Source of the DNA: Caldimicrobium thiodismutans
Lineage (GTDB): Bacteria; Desulfobacterota; Thermodesulfobacteria; Thermodesulfobacteriales; Thermodesulfobacteriaceae
NCBI RefSeq assembly: GCF_001548275.1
Contig: NZ_AP014945.1
Location: 450,001-482,000 of the forward strand
Direction: 5' to 3'
DNA length: 32,000 nucleotides
The position numbers and the translations under genes are program-made. Shown piece by piece: positions 9,644-18,232 of this stretch (within the stretch, counting starts at the first letter, position 1; each line of letters starts with the position of its first letter). The notes under the pieces were generated by a model, which was given only the letters and a program-made list of their open reading frames with translations, searched no databases and was not told the DNA's origin.

Positions 9644-11266
9644 TTACCCTAAGATAGCTTTTAAGTCTTCTTCAGGGGTGCTTACGGGTTTCAGATTGTA
9701 ATTTTCAACGATGAAGTTAGCCACATTTTTGCTTAAAAAGGCTGGCATACTTGGTCCAAGGCGCATATTTTTGATACCGAGATAGAGAAGAGTGAGAAAT
9801 ATAGCCACTGCCTTTTGCTCATACCAGGAAATAATTAAAGAAAGGGGAAGTTCATTAACACCCACATTGAAGACCTTGGAAAGGGCAAGGGCAATTTGAA
9901 TGGCAGAGTAGGCATCATTGCACTGACCTATGTCAAGAAGTCTCGGGATTCCATTTATGGTTCCGAGATCTTTATCAAAGAATCTAAACTTTCCGCAGGC
10001 AAGGGTTAAAACCACACAATCCTGAGGCACCTTTTCTACAAACTCAGTGTAATAATTCCTTACTGGTTTTGCCCCATCACAGCCTCCAACAAGGAAAAAG
10101 TGTCTGATTTTTCCTGACTTAACAAGCTCAACTACTTTATCTGCTACAGATAATACGGCATTTCTTGCAAAGCCAGTCATGATCTCCTTTCCGGGAATAT
10201 CTTCCTTAAATCCCTCCATGGATAGGGCCATCTCAATTACAGGAGTAAAGTCTTCATTGGGGATATGCTTTACTCCAGGGTAACCCACAGGACCAAGGGT
10301 AAAAACTCTGTCCTTATAGGAGTCCTTAGGGGGCATAAGACAATTTGTGGTCATAACAATTGGGCCAGGGAAGGCTTCAAATTCCTTCTGTTGATTTTGC
10401 CATGCGGTTCCGTAATGTCCATAAAGATGGGGAAATTTCTTCAGTTCAGGATAGCCATGAGCTGGAAGCATCTCCCCATGGGTATAAATATAAATACCCT
10501 TTCCCTCAGTCTGTTTGAGTAGCTCGTAAAGGTCTTTTAAGTCATGTCCTGAGACAAGAATGGCCTTACCAGCCTTAGCACCAAGAGGCACTCTGGTAGG
10601 AACAGGATTTCCGTAAGAAGAAGTGTTAGCCTTATCAAGGGCCTCCATAGTTAAGAGATTTAATCTGCCTGTTTCAAGGGCTCTTTCAACCCAGGTTCTT
10701 AAATCTGAGCTCTTATCTTTAAAAATGTTTACCAAAAGTTCCTTAAAGCCTTTGTAGACCTCTTCATTCCTCACACCGAGCCTCTCGGCATGATAGGCGT
10801 AAGCAGCAATGCCTTTAAGGGCATAAAGTATTGTAAGTTTAAGGCTTGCAATGTCTTCTCCTTCTTCTTTCATAACGGTAGGTTCAATTTCCCTTTCTTC
10901 AGCCTGTTTAATGAGTTCTTCCATGGATTTAGCAGGTTTAAAGTGAGCCCAGGGGGTATCTACCTCAACCTTGGCCTCGTGCTTTAAGGTCTCCCTTAAT
11001 TCCACAGCCTTTTCAATGTAAGCCTTAATCCTTTCAGGATCAAAGTTCACATTGGTAAGAGTGGAAAACATACCTTCCATGAGGAAGAAGTCAACTTCAG
11101 GCTTTTTAACTCCTCTCTTTTCTGCTTCTAAGGCTACTTCCGAAAGTCCTGCAAGTGTGTAAATCAAGAGATCCTGAAGCACATCGGTTTCATGGGTTTT
11201 CCCGCAAACCCCCCTCACCGTGCAGGCAAAACCTTTGGCAGTCTGTTCACACTGATTACAAAACAT
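9644..11266 (-). CDS. hcp: Hybrid cluster protein (hydroxylamine/NO reductase), class I
   Basis: The N-terminus MFCNQCEQTAKGFACTVRGVCGK has C-x2-C-x8-C-x5-C spacing, and the length is about 540 aa. The ATG at 11266 is preferred because the tracked GTG at 11275 lies inside the AGGAGGTG RBS. Confidence 0.93.
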   Translation of the reverse strand: MFCNQCEQTAKGFACTVRGVCGKTHETDVLQDLLIYTLAGLSEVALEAEKRGVKKPEVDFFLMEGMFSTLTNVNFDPERIKAYIEKAVELRETLKHEAKVEVDTPWAHFKPAKSMEELIKQAEEREIEPTVMKEEGEDIASLKLTILYALKGIAAYAYHAERLGVRNEEVYKGFKELLVNIFKDKSSDLRTWVERALETGRLNLLTMEALDKANTSSYGNPVPTRVPLGAKAGKAILVSGHDLKDLYELLKQTEGKGIYIYTHGEMLPAHGYPELKKFPHLYGHYGTAWQNQQKEFEAFPGPIVMTTNCLMPPKDSYKDRVFTLGPVGYPGVKHIPNEDFTPVIEMALSMEGFKEDIPGKEIMTGFARNAVLSVADKVVELVKSGKIRHFFLVGGCDGAKPVRNYYTEFVEKVPQDCVVLTLACGKFRFFDKDLGTINGIPRLLDIGQCNDAYSAIQIALALSKVFNVGVNELPLSLIISWYEQKAVAIFLTLLYLGIKNMRLGPSMPAFLSKNVANFIVENYNLKPVSTPEEDLKAILG

Positions 11267-11333
11267 AACAGGCACCTCCTTTTTTATTTTTTGAATTCTG
11301 AATAAAATTTAAGACCACCTTTTAAAAGTTTCC

Positions 11334-11347
11334 TTGATCTATATCAA
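11334..11347. promoter_or_regulatory. FNR/CRP-family binding site (TTGAT-N4-ATCAA) upstream of hcp
   Basis: TTGATCTATATCAA is a perfect FNR-type palindrome. On the minus strand a -10-like TAAATT starts 22 nt downstream of the site. Confidence 0.6.
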
Positions 11348-11454
11348 ATTTTTAAAATTAAATTAAAAAAGTTTACATAAGCAATTTTTAAATTAAAAAA
11401 ATCCAGCTGGAAGTATAGCCCTTATACTTTTAGGGCTTAAACCCGCTTTTTACC

Positions 11455-11783
11455 TTAAATTGGAAAAGGTGAAGTAGGTGCCCAGCCATACCAGTGCATA
11501 TAATCGGGATTCATGTGAAAGGCTCCCTGAAAAGTCCTCATCCTGTATTCAAGGAACATTACATAGAGATCTTGTTCTATAGAGCTTTTGGCTTTATAAA
11601 ACTTCAATAGATCTGGTGCAAAGACCCAGTTTTTGGGCCCACTATTCCTGGCGTTACCTTTTGATGGCACTCGATACACTGTGATTTAGGATCTGCATAA
11701 AGGGACGAAACCAGAAGTAATGAAAGAATAAAACTTGCCACACCTATCCACTGATCTTTACATCCCGATCCTAACCATAGCAT
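11455..11783 (-). pseudogene. Secreted monohaem c-type cytochrome-like gene split over two frames (-1 shift)
   Basis: ORF 11792-11604 encodes a signal peptide plus CIECH. ORF 11679-11455 continues in the -1 frame. The two overlap by 76 nt, and the overlap contains an A5 run and the heptamer C-CCA-AAA. The ATG at 11783 has an AGGAGGTG RBS. Confidence 0.5.
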
Positions 11784-11846
11784 ACCCTTCACCTCCTTTT
11801 AAATTTTTTTTTGACATTATTTTAAAAAGATTATATTTAAAAGTCC

Positions 11847-11860
11847 TTGATCTAAATCAA
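11847..11860. promoter_or_regulatory. FNR/CRP-family binding site upstream of the cytochrome c gene
   Basis: TTGATCTAAATCAA with the same TCC 5' flank as the hcp site. On the minus strand TAAAAT starts 22 nt downstream of the site. Confidence 0.55.
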
Positions 11861-11958
11861 GTTTTTCAGGAATTAGATCATATCAAGAGTTAAGAAGGTT
11901 CCAGAACTTGTTCAAAACCTTAATGGAATTCTTGGAAACTTGGTCTATATTATACAAT

Positions 11959-13872
11959 ATGAAATTTCTTGAGGAATTTGATGTTATTGTGATTGGGGCT
12001 GGGCATGCAGGAATTGAGGCCTCCCTTGCTTCTGCCCGCATGGGCTGTCGGACCCTTCTTCTTACCATAAGTCTTGATAGAATTGGAGCTATGAGTTGTA
12101 ATCCCTCTATCGGTGGAATAGGGAAGGGGCATCTTGTAAAGGAAATTGATGCCTTAGGTGGAGAGATGGCCCTTGCCATTGATGAGACAGGAATTCAATT
12201 TAGAAAACTCAATACCAAAAAAGGGCCAGCTGTTAGAGCCACTCGTGCCCAGGCAGATCGTTTTCGCTATCAGACCAGAATGAAAGGAGTTCTTGAAAGA
12301 ATTCCTAATTTACATCTTCGCCAGGCCTCAGTCTCTCAACTTCTTATTAAAGATAAAAGAATAATTGGAATCAGAACCCGAACTGGGGAAGAATACGGTG
12401 CTAAAGCGGTGGTTATTGCAGCTGGAACCTTCATGCATGGTCTGATTCATATTGGTCTTGAATCCTTTCCTGCAGGTCGTCTTGGAGATCCACCTTCAAA
12501 CCGACTTCCTGATCATCTCAAAGAGCTGGGCTTGGCTTTAGGAAGATTTAAAACCGGAACCTGCCCTCGCCTTGACGGAAGAACCATAGATTACTCTAAA
12601 TGCGAGCTCCAATGGGGAGATTATCCACCCCCTCTTTTTTCCTTTAAAAACCGCAGGAAAAGACCACCCTTACCCCAGGTCCCCTGTTTTATAACTTATA
12701 CCAATTCAATGACCCACGAGATTATAAGAAAGGCCCTTGATAGATCTCCTCTTTTTACAGGAAGAATCAAGTCAAGAGGGGTGAGATACTGTCCATCCAT
12801 TGAAGATAAAATTTTCCGATTTGCGGATAAAGAGCGCCACCAGGTCTTTCTTGAACCTGAAGGTCTTGATACAATTGAGGTCTATCCTAATGGTATAAGT
12901 AATAGTTTACCCCTTGATGTGCAGATTGAGATGGTAAGATCTATTCCAGGGCTTGAAAAGGCTGTTATTTTAAGACCTGGATATGGTATTGAATATGACT
13001 TTGTTTATCCCGATCAGTTAAAACATACCCTTGAAACAAGGCTAATTGAGGGGCTTTTTCTTGCAGGTCAGATAAATGGAACAACGGGATATGAAGAGGC
13101 AGCAGCTCAGGGATTGATAGCAGGAATCAATGCCGCCTTAAAGGCTAAAGACGAAGAGCCTTTTATACTTGACAGATCTCAGGCTTACATTGGTGTGCTT
13201 ATTGATGACCTTGTCACAAAGGGAACGGATGAACCCTATCGCATGTTTACCTCAAGGGCAGAATATAGGCTTCTTCTCAGAGAGGACAATGCAGATTTGA
13301 GACTCACTGAACTTGGAAGAAAGCTCGGGCTTGTGGATGATGAACGCTGGGAGATCTACCTTGATAGAAAAGAAAAAAGACTAAGGCTTTTAGAATCTCT
13401 AAAGGAGATTAAGGTCTCTCCAGGTCTTATTAATTCATATCTTGAAAACATTGGCTCAACCCCTCTTAAAGACCCTATTAGACTCTTTGATCTTCTAAGG
13501 AGGCCTGAAATTGAAATTTCTTTCTTAGTTGAATTAATAGATGAGCTCAAGAGGTATTCTCAAGACATCCTGGAGGAGGTAGAAATTGAGGTCAAATATA
13601 GTGGATATCTTGAAAAACAACAAAGAGAGGTTGAAAAATTTAAAAAGTTAGAGAACATGTTGATTCCAGAGAATATTGATTACTTTGAGGTAGCTGGACT
13701 GTCAAATGAGGTCAGGGAGAAACTTTCAAGGCATCGACCACTTTCATTGGGTCAGGCTTTAAGAATTCCAGGGATTACGCCTTCGGCTATCTCAGCCATT
13801 CAAATTTATCTTAAAAAAAGAGGCTTCAAATCTGAAAAAGAAGATTCCCCAGCCCATTCTAAAGTTAATTAA
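11959..13872 (+). CDS. mnmG: tRNA uridine 5-carboxymethylaminomethyl modification enzyme MnmG (GidA)
   Basis: The N-terminus [16 protein letters not shown] is an FAD fold, and the GidA core is conserved throughout. The ATG at 11959 matches the usual MnmG N-terminus. The tracked TTG at 11908, with GAAGG 9 nt upstream, is an alternative start. Confidence 0.9.
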   Translation: MKFLEEFDVIVIGAGHAGIEASLASARMGCRTLLLTISLDRIGAMSCNPSIGGIGKGHLVKEIDALGGEMALAIDETGIQFRKLNTKKGPAVRATRAQADRFRYQTRMKGVLERIPNLHLRQASVSQLLIKDKRIIGIRTRTGEEYGAKAVVIAAGTFMHGLIHIGLESFPAGRLGDPPSNRLPDHLKELGLALGRFKTGTCPRLDGRTIDYSKCELQWGDYPPPLFSFKNRRKRPPLPQVPCFITYTNSMTHEIIRKALDRSPLFTGRIKSRGVRYCPSIEDKIFRFADKERHQVFLEPEGLDTIEVYPNGISNSLPLDVQIEMVRSIPGLEKAVILRPGYGIEYDFVYPDQLKHTLETRLIEGLFLAGQINGTTGYEEAAAQGLIAGINAALKAKDEEPFILDRSQAYIGVLIDDLVTKGTDEPYRMFTSRAEYRLLLREDNADLRLTELGRKLGLVDDERWEIYLDRKEKRLRLLESLKEIKVSPGLINSYLENIGSTPLKDPIRLFDLLRRPEIEISFLVELIDELKRYSQDILEEVEIEVKYSGYLEKQQREVEKFKKLENMLIPENIDYFEVAGLSNEVREKLSRHRPLSLGQALRIPGITPSAISAIQIYLKKRGFKSEKEDSPAHSKVN

Positions 13873-14932
13873 ATATTTAAATAAAAAGGGCTATCTTGCC
13901 TATTTAGTTGGTGGTTGTGTCCGGGATCTAATACTTGGTTATGAACCAAAGGATTTTGATATTGTAACAGATGCCCGTCCAGAGGAACTTCTTAGACTTT
14001 TCCCAAGAGCGCGTCTTATTGGTAGGCGTTTCCCTATTGTGCATGTCTACTTTAATAAAGGGGATTTTGTTGAAATAACCACTTTTAGAGGCCCAGAGGA
14101 TCAAGATCATACAAAGGCTGACAATTATGGAACCCCTGAAGAGGATGCTCAGAGAAGGGATTTAACCATTAATGCCCTTTTTTATGATCCCTTTACAGGA
14201 GAAATTCTTGATTATGTGGGTGGTCTTGAGGATTTAAAAAGGGGAATCATACGAGTAATCGGTATCCCTGAACTTCGTTATAGGCGGGATCCTATTAGAA
14301 TGCTGAGAGTAATAAGACATGCTGCAAGAACAGGCTTTGAGATTGACAGGGAGACCTGGGAAGCCCTTTTAAAATCTAAAGAACTGATTAAGATCGTATC
14401 AAGAGAAAGATTGAGAGATGAAATCTTAAAAGATCTTTCTGGATTCTGGCTAAAAAGATGGTTTAAAATCTTGAAAGAAAGTGCACTTCTTTATGAGATT
14501 TATCCATTTTATAAAAACCTTGAGAATAAGTTAGATTTTTCAGAAAGTTTTTTATTGGATATCCTTAAAATAATTGAGGGATCGGAATTGAATCTTGAAC
14601 AAAGGATCGTGCTTTTTGTTTATCCCTTTTTACCTTTTATTCAAAGGACTTATAAACCTGATTTATATCAAAACATGCCTACTTTTGAGAGAAAGGAACT
14701 TTTAAAACTCTTCTGGGCCCTCTTTTTCACTTTTCGTTATAGCCGAGGCTTATTTGAAAAAACTATGGATATGTTTAGAGACCTTTACAAGATGCTTTAT
14801 TTGAAATTAAAGGGAAGAGAGATTCCGAAAAGATTTAAAAGAAAAATTTATTATTCCGAAATAGTTCCTCTTCTTGATATTTTATCTAATTTAATCAAAA
14901 ATAAAGGAAGGAGGAAAAAAGATGAGTCTTGA
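13832..14932 (+). CDS. Class II nucleotidyltransferase, poly(A) polymerase (PcnB)-like; start codon uncertain
   Basis: The frame is open from 13763. Hand translation upstream of the tracked GTG at 14039 gives [69 protein letters not shown], which covers the catalytic GG..RD and DxD motifs and the PAP-type RLxGRRF signature. There is no ATG, GTG or TTG in that stretch. The CTG at 13832 has AAGAGG 8 nt upstream. Confidence 0.7.
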   Translation: MKKKIPQPILKLIKYLNKKGYLAYLVGGCVRDLILGYEPKDFDIVTDARPEELLRLFPRARLIGRRFPIVHVYFNKGDFVEITTFRGPEDQDHTKADNYGTPEEDAQRRDLTINALFYDPFTGEILDYVGGLEDLKRGIIRVIGIPELRYRRDPIRMLRVIRHAARTGFEIDRETWEALLKSKELIKIVSRERLRDEILKDLSGFWLKRWFKILKESALLYEIYPFYKNLENKLDFSESFLLDILKIIEGSELNLEQRIVLFVYPFLPFIQRTYKPDLYQNMPTFERKELLKLFWALFFTFRYSRGLFEKTMDMFRDLYKMLYLKLKGREIPKRFKRKIYYSEIVPLLDILSNLIKNKGRRKKDES

Positions 14933-15647
14933 AAGGACTTTAAGCTACCAGTTCATACAAAAAACCAAATTATCTTTTACAACTCTTGGAGTGAGGGAGA
15001 TTTATCTTGAATCTGCGCCTCCTTATAAAAGCTATCCTCAGGTAGAAAAAATTGAACTCAAGCTTAGGGATATCCCAGAGAAAGGGAATTTTTTTCAAAT
15101 TCTTTCTAAAAGAAGGAGTAATAGAAAATACAGGAAAAGGCCTTTATCTCTTGAGGAGATTTCTCTTTTATGCTTTGCAGCCCAGGGAATTACTGCTCAG
15201 GCTGGTTTTTATCTCTTAAGAACAGCCCCTTCTGCAGGAGCTCTCTATCCTGTTGAGACTTATCTCGCAGTAAATTACTCGGAGGAGATACCATCAGGTA
15301 TATATCACCTTGAGGTAAGAAGTTTTGTCCTTGAAAAATTGATGGAAGGGAATTTCGGCAAAATTCTAAGAGATCTTGCCCTTGGTCAGGCCTTTTTTGA
15401 AGCAGCAAGTTGTGTCTTCATCTGGAGCGCAGTGCTTAGAAGAACCCTTTCCAAATATGGAGAAAGAGGACTTAGGTATATTTTTATGGATGTAGCCCAT
15501 ATCTGCCAGAATGTTCTTTTGGCAGCAGAGGCTCTGCACCTTAAAGCCTGCCCAGTTGGAGCCTTCCTTGATGAGGAAATCAATGAGTTTTTAGGGCTTG
15601 ATGGAAAAGAGGAAACAGTAATTTATATGGCAACTATTGGGAAATAA
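14922..15647 (+). CDS. SagB-type dehydrogenase / nitroreductase-family protein
   Basis: 241-aa protein. The motifs RRSNRKY, PSAGALYP and a C-terminal nitroreductase fold are typical of the SagB/ThcOx subfamily. A GGAGG RBS is present, and the gene overlaps the upstream gene by 11 nt. Confidence 0.7.
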   Translation: MSLERTLSYQFIQKTKLSFTTLGVREIYLESAPPYKSYPQVEKIELKLRDIPEKGNFFQILSKRRSNRKYRKRPLSLEEISLLCFAAQGITAQAGFYLLRTAPSAGALYPVETYLAVNYSEEIPSGIYHLEVRSFVLEKLMEGNFGKILRDLALGQAFFEAASCVFIWSAVLRRTLSKYGERGLRYIFMDVAHICQNVLLAAEALHLKACPVGAFLDEEINEFLGLDGKEETVIYMATIGK

Positions 15648-15648
15648 C

Positions 15649-16005
<357 letters not shown>

Positions 16006-16010
16006 TCATT

Positions 16011-17255
16011 TTAAATGTGAAGATTATAAGCTCGTTCTCCGTGCTGGGTTTCATCAAGTCCAACAAGTTCATCTTCTGGATTAACCCTAAGGTTTTTAAA
16101 TATAATCTTAAGAAATAGAAAAATCAAAGCAGTAACCATAGCTGAATAAAAAATTATTATACCAATACCTAAGAGTTGAAGCCAGAGTTGGGCGGCACTT
16201 CCGTAAAAGAGACCAGCAATCTGATTTATAGAGGGATCTGCAAAGAATCCTACGCTTAGGCTTCCTATAATTCCACCTACTCCATGGATTCCAAAGGCAT
16301 CTAAGGTGTCGTCATAATTAAGCTTTCCTTTTACAAAGGCTATGGAGATAAAACAGACAAGGCCTGCAATTACACCAATAATTAAAGCTCCATAAACATT
16401 TACATATCCAGCGGCTGGAGTAATGGTTGCAAGGCCTGCAATAGTCCCAGAGGCTAAACCAAGGATAGTAGGTTTTTTAAAGATAAGCCATTCAGCAATA
16501 CACCAGATTAGTGAAGCGGAGGCAGCTGCTGTATTAGTATTAACAAAGGCTATAGTAGCAAGCTCTTTGGCTGAAAGGGCAGAACCTGCATTAAAACCAA
16601 ACCATCCAAACCACAGAAGACCGGTTCCGAGGACTACAAGGGTTAAATTATGTGGAATAAGGGTGGTATCATTGCGTGCTTTTAGTATCAAGGCTCCTAT
16701 TAAAGCAGAAATTCCAGCTGTAGTATGCACTACTATACCCCCTGCAAAGTCAACAACTCCCATTTTTGCAAGAAAGCCACCTCCCCAAATCCAATGAGCA
16801 ACCGGAAGGTATACCATGGTAAACCAGAGAAGGCTGAAGGTTATCCAAATGGAAAATTTTATTCTTTCAATATAGGCACCACTAACCAGAGCAACTGTAA
16901 TAGCTGCAAAGGTTAATTGAAACATAGCAAAAATAAATTCAGGGACAGTTTTTGCTCCTTCATTTGAAGAAGTTAAAGTAATAGACTTAAAAAATATCTT
17001 TTCAAAGCCTCCAATTAATCCGAAAATATCATGTCCAAAGGCAAGGCTATAGCCATAAACTACCCAAAAAACACTTATCAAGCAGTATGTTACAAAAGAC
17101 ATGGCCATAGTATTTAGAGCATCTTTCCTTTTGCTAAGACCACCATAAAAAAGAGCAAGTCCTGGTAGGGTCATCATCATGACCAAAGCAGTAGAAATAA
17201 GTAGCCATGCAGTATCTCCAGTGTCAAACTTTAATAATTCTTGAGGATTGGGCAT
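16011..17255 (-). CDS. amtB: Ammonium transporter
   Basis: Amt family motifs are present (DTAWLLISTALVMMMTLPGLALFYGG, FAGGIVVHTTAG, DDTLDAFGIHGVGG). The ATG at 17255 has a GGAGG RBS 8 nt upstream. The tracked start at 17288 looks like an upstream extension. Confidence 0.93.
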   Translation of the reverse strand: MPNPQELLKFDTGDTAWLLISTALVMMMTLPGLALFYGGLSKRKDALNTMAMSFVTYCLISVFWVVYGYSLAFGHDIFGLIGGFEKIFFKSITLTSSNEGAKTVPEFIFAMFQLTFAAITVALVSGAYIERIKFSIWITFSLLWFTMVYLPVAHWIWGGGFLAKMGVVDFAGGIVVHTTAGISALIGALILKARNDTTLIPHNLTLVVLGTGLLWFGWFGFNAGSALSAKELATIAFVNTNTAAASASLIWCIAEWLIFKKPTILGLASGTIAGLATITPAAGYVNVYGALIIGVIAGLVCFISIAFVKGKLNYDDTLDAFGIHGVGGIIGSLSVGFFADPSINQIAGLFYGSAAQLWLQLLGIGIIIFYSAMVTALIFLFLKIIFKNLRVNPEDELVGLDETQHGERAYNLHI

Positions 17256-17291
17256 TCCCTTAACCTCCTTTTGAGAATTTGTAAACATTAA

Positions 17292-17307
17292 TACAAAAAC
17301 TGTGCCT
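17292..17307 (-). promoter_or_regulatory. Possible sigma54 -24/-12 element upstream of amtB-glnK
   Basis: The minus strand reads AGGCACAGTTTTTGTA against the consensus TGGCAC-N5-TTGCW. GG and TTG have the correct spacing, but the -12 element is GT rather than GC. Confidence 0.25.
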
Positions 17308-17394
17308 ACTTGAAGAGCTTTATTTTCTTAGCCAGTAAAATGAACAAAATTGTAATAAATTAACAATCTTGATCAAATTGACAAAATTGTAAAT

Positions 17395-18147
17395 TTATCT
17401 TTCCCTTTCTTTTTGTCTTTTCTTTTGCCAGGACTTCCAGGGTTTTTCTTTCTTTTTTCCATAAGTTATTTTCCGGAAGGGGAGATCTTCCTGTGGCTGG
17501 GTTAGCTCTTGGGAAAGTTCCTGAAGGAGTTTTAAGGGTGATTCTTTTTTATGTTGGGGCTCTTTGTTTTTAAAATATTTCTGGATAAATTTTTGATTTA
17601 TGTTAGGCCCTCTGCAAGCTTTGAAGGGCAATATTTCAGTAAGAACTACCTTCTGGCCAAAGATCTGATATCTTCCCTCAGGATCCAAAAAATTGGGTAA
17701 AACCTCAATTAATAATGCTCCTTTAATTTTAGCCCATTTTTCAGCAAGCTCTTTTTCCGTAAAAAGAGGAAGAGGTTTCTGAAAATAGAGAATCTCCTCT
17801 AAGGATAATTTATACCACATCCAGGGCTTGACAAAGGTCCAAAGTTGCTTTAACCTAAAAATAAAATTAAAATCAACTTCTTGGGGAGGTGAATAAAACC
17901 GCTCCTTAGCCTTTATTAGGGATAGATTATCAGAAAAATCAAAAAAATCTCTGAAATAATAAGAAAATAGGTTTTTAAGTGTATCTAATTTAAGATTATG
18001 TGCCTTTTTGGTAAAAATTAAAACTTGAAAAATTTCTTTAACTTTTAAAAAATCATCCTTATCTGGAATTAAACCAAATTCTTCAGGATGATGAGCGGTT
18101 AAATAGAGCAAAAATTTTAGGAAGCTCCGGGAAATGATTGAATCCAT
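17395..18147 (-). CDS. Hypothetical protein with a KptA/Tpt1-like N-terminal segment and a highly basic C-terminal tail
   Basis: 250-aa ORF. SRSFLKFLLYLTAHHPEEFGLIPDKDDFLKV resembles the SKFLSxxLRHxPExxGL start of RNA 2'-phosphotransferases. I could not recognise the catalytic Arg/His residues. The tail is KKKEKPWKSWQKKRQKERER. Confidence 0.5.
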   Translation of the reverse strand: MDSIISRSFLKFLLYLTAHHPEEFGLIPDKDDFLKVKEIFQVLIFTKKAHNLKLDTLKNLFSYYFRDFFDFSDNLSLIKAKERFYSPPQEVDFNFIFRLKQLWTFVKPWMWYKLSLEEILYFQKPLPLFTEKELAEKWAKIKGALLIEVLPNFLDPEGRYQIFGQKVVLTEILPFKACRGPNINQKFIQKYFKNKEPQHKKESPLKLLQELSQELTQPQEDLPFRKITYGKKKEKPWKSWQKKRQKERER

Positions 18148-18171
18148 TAATAGGGTGTTTTATTTTTTTAT

Positions 18172-18200
18172 TTGCAGTGAAATATTTTAACACATATTAA
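18172..18200 (+). promoter_or_regulatory. Putative sigma70 promoter of the sigma factor gene
   Basis: TTGCAG (18172-18177), a 17-nt spacer, then TATTAA (18195-18200), upstream of the GGGAGG RBS. Confidence 0.3.
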
Positions 18201-18232
18201 GGTTTAGAAAAGGGAGGTTTGAAAAGCAGGCG

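Noticed and set aside
11349-11400. Repeated TTTTTAAA(A)TTAAA...AAAAAA tracts upstream of hcp
   Set aside because: This is low-complexity AT-rich DNA with imprecise repeats. It could contribute DNA curvature or an UP-element-like effect, but there is no specific evidence for a discrete feature.
11414-11436. Short hairpin AGCCCT-N9-AGGGCT downstream of the cytochrome c gene as a terminator
   Set aside because: The stem is only 6 bp with a 9-nt loop, and the T-run is 16 nt away on the transcribed strand. This is too weak to call.
11811-11839. Plus-strand TTGACA with TATATT or TATTTA as the mnmG promoter
   Set aside because: The -35 element is perfect, but the spacing is 15 nt to TATATT, and the 17-nt alternative TATTTA lacks the conserved final T. 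It is plausible but not well enough supported to list as a feature.
17369-17383. TTGATCAAATTGACA upstream of amtB
   Set aside because: Only the left half matches the FNR box, and the right half is TTGAC rather than ATCAA. It is more simply read as part of a sigma70 -35 region on the minus strand.
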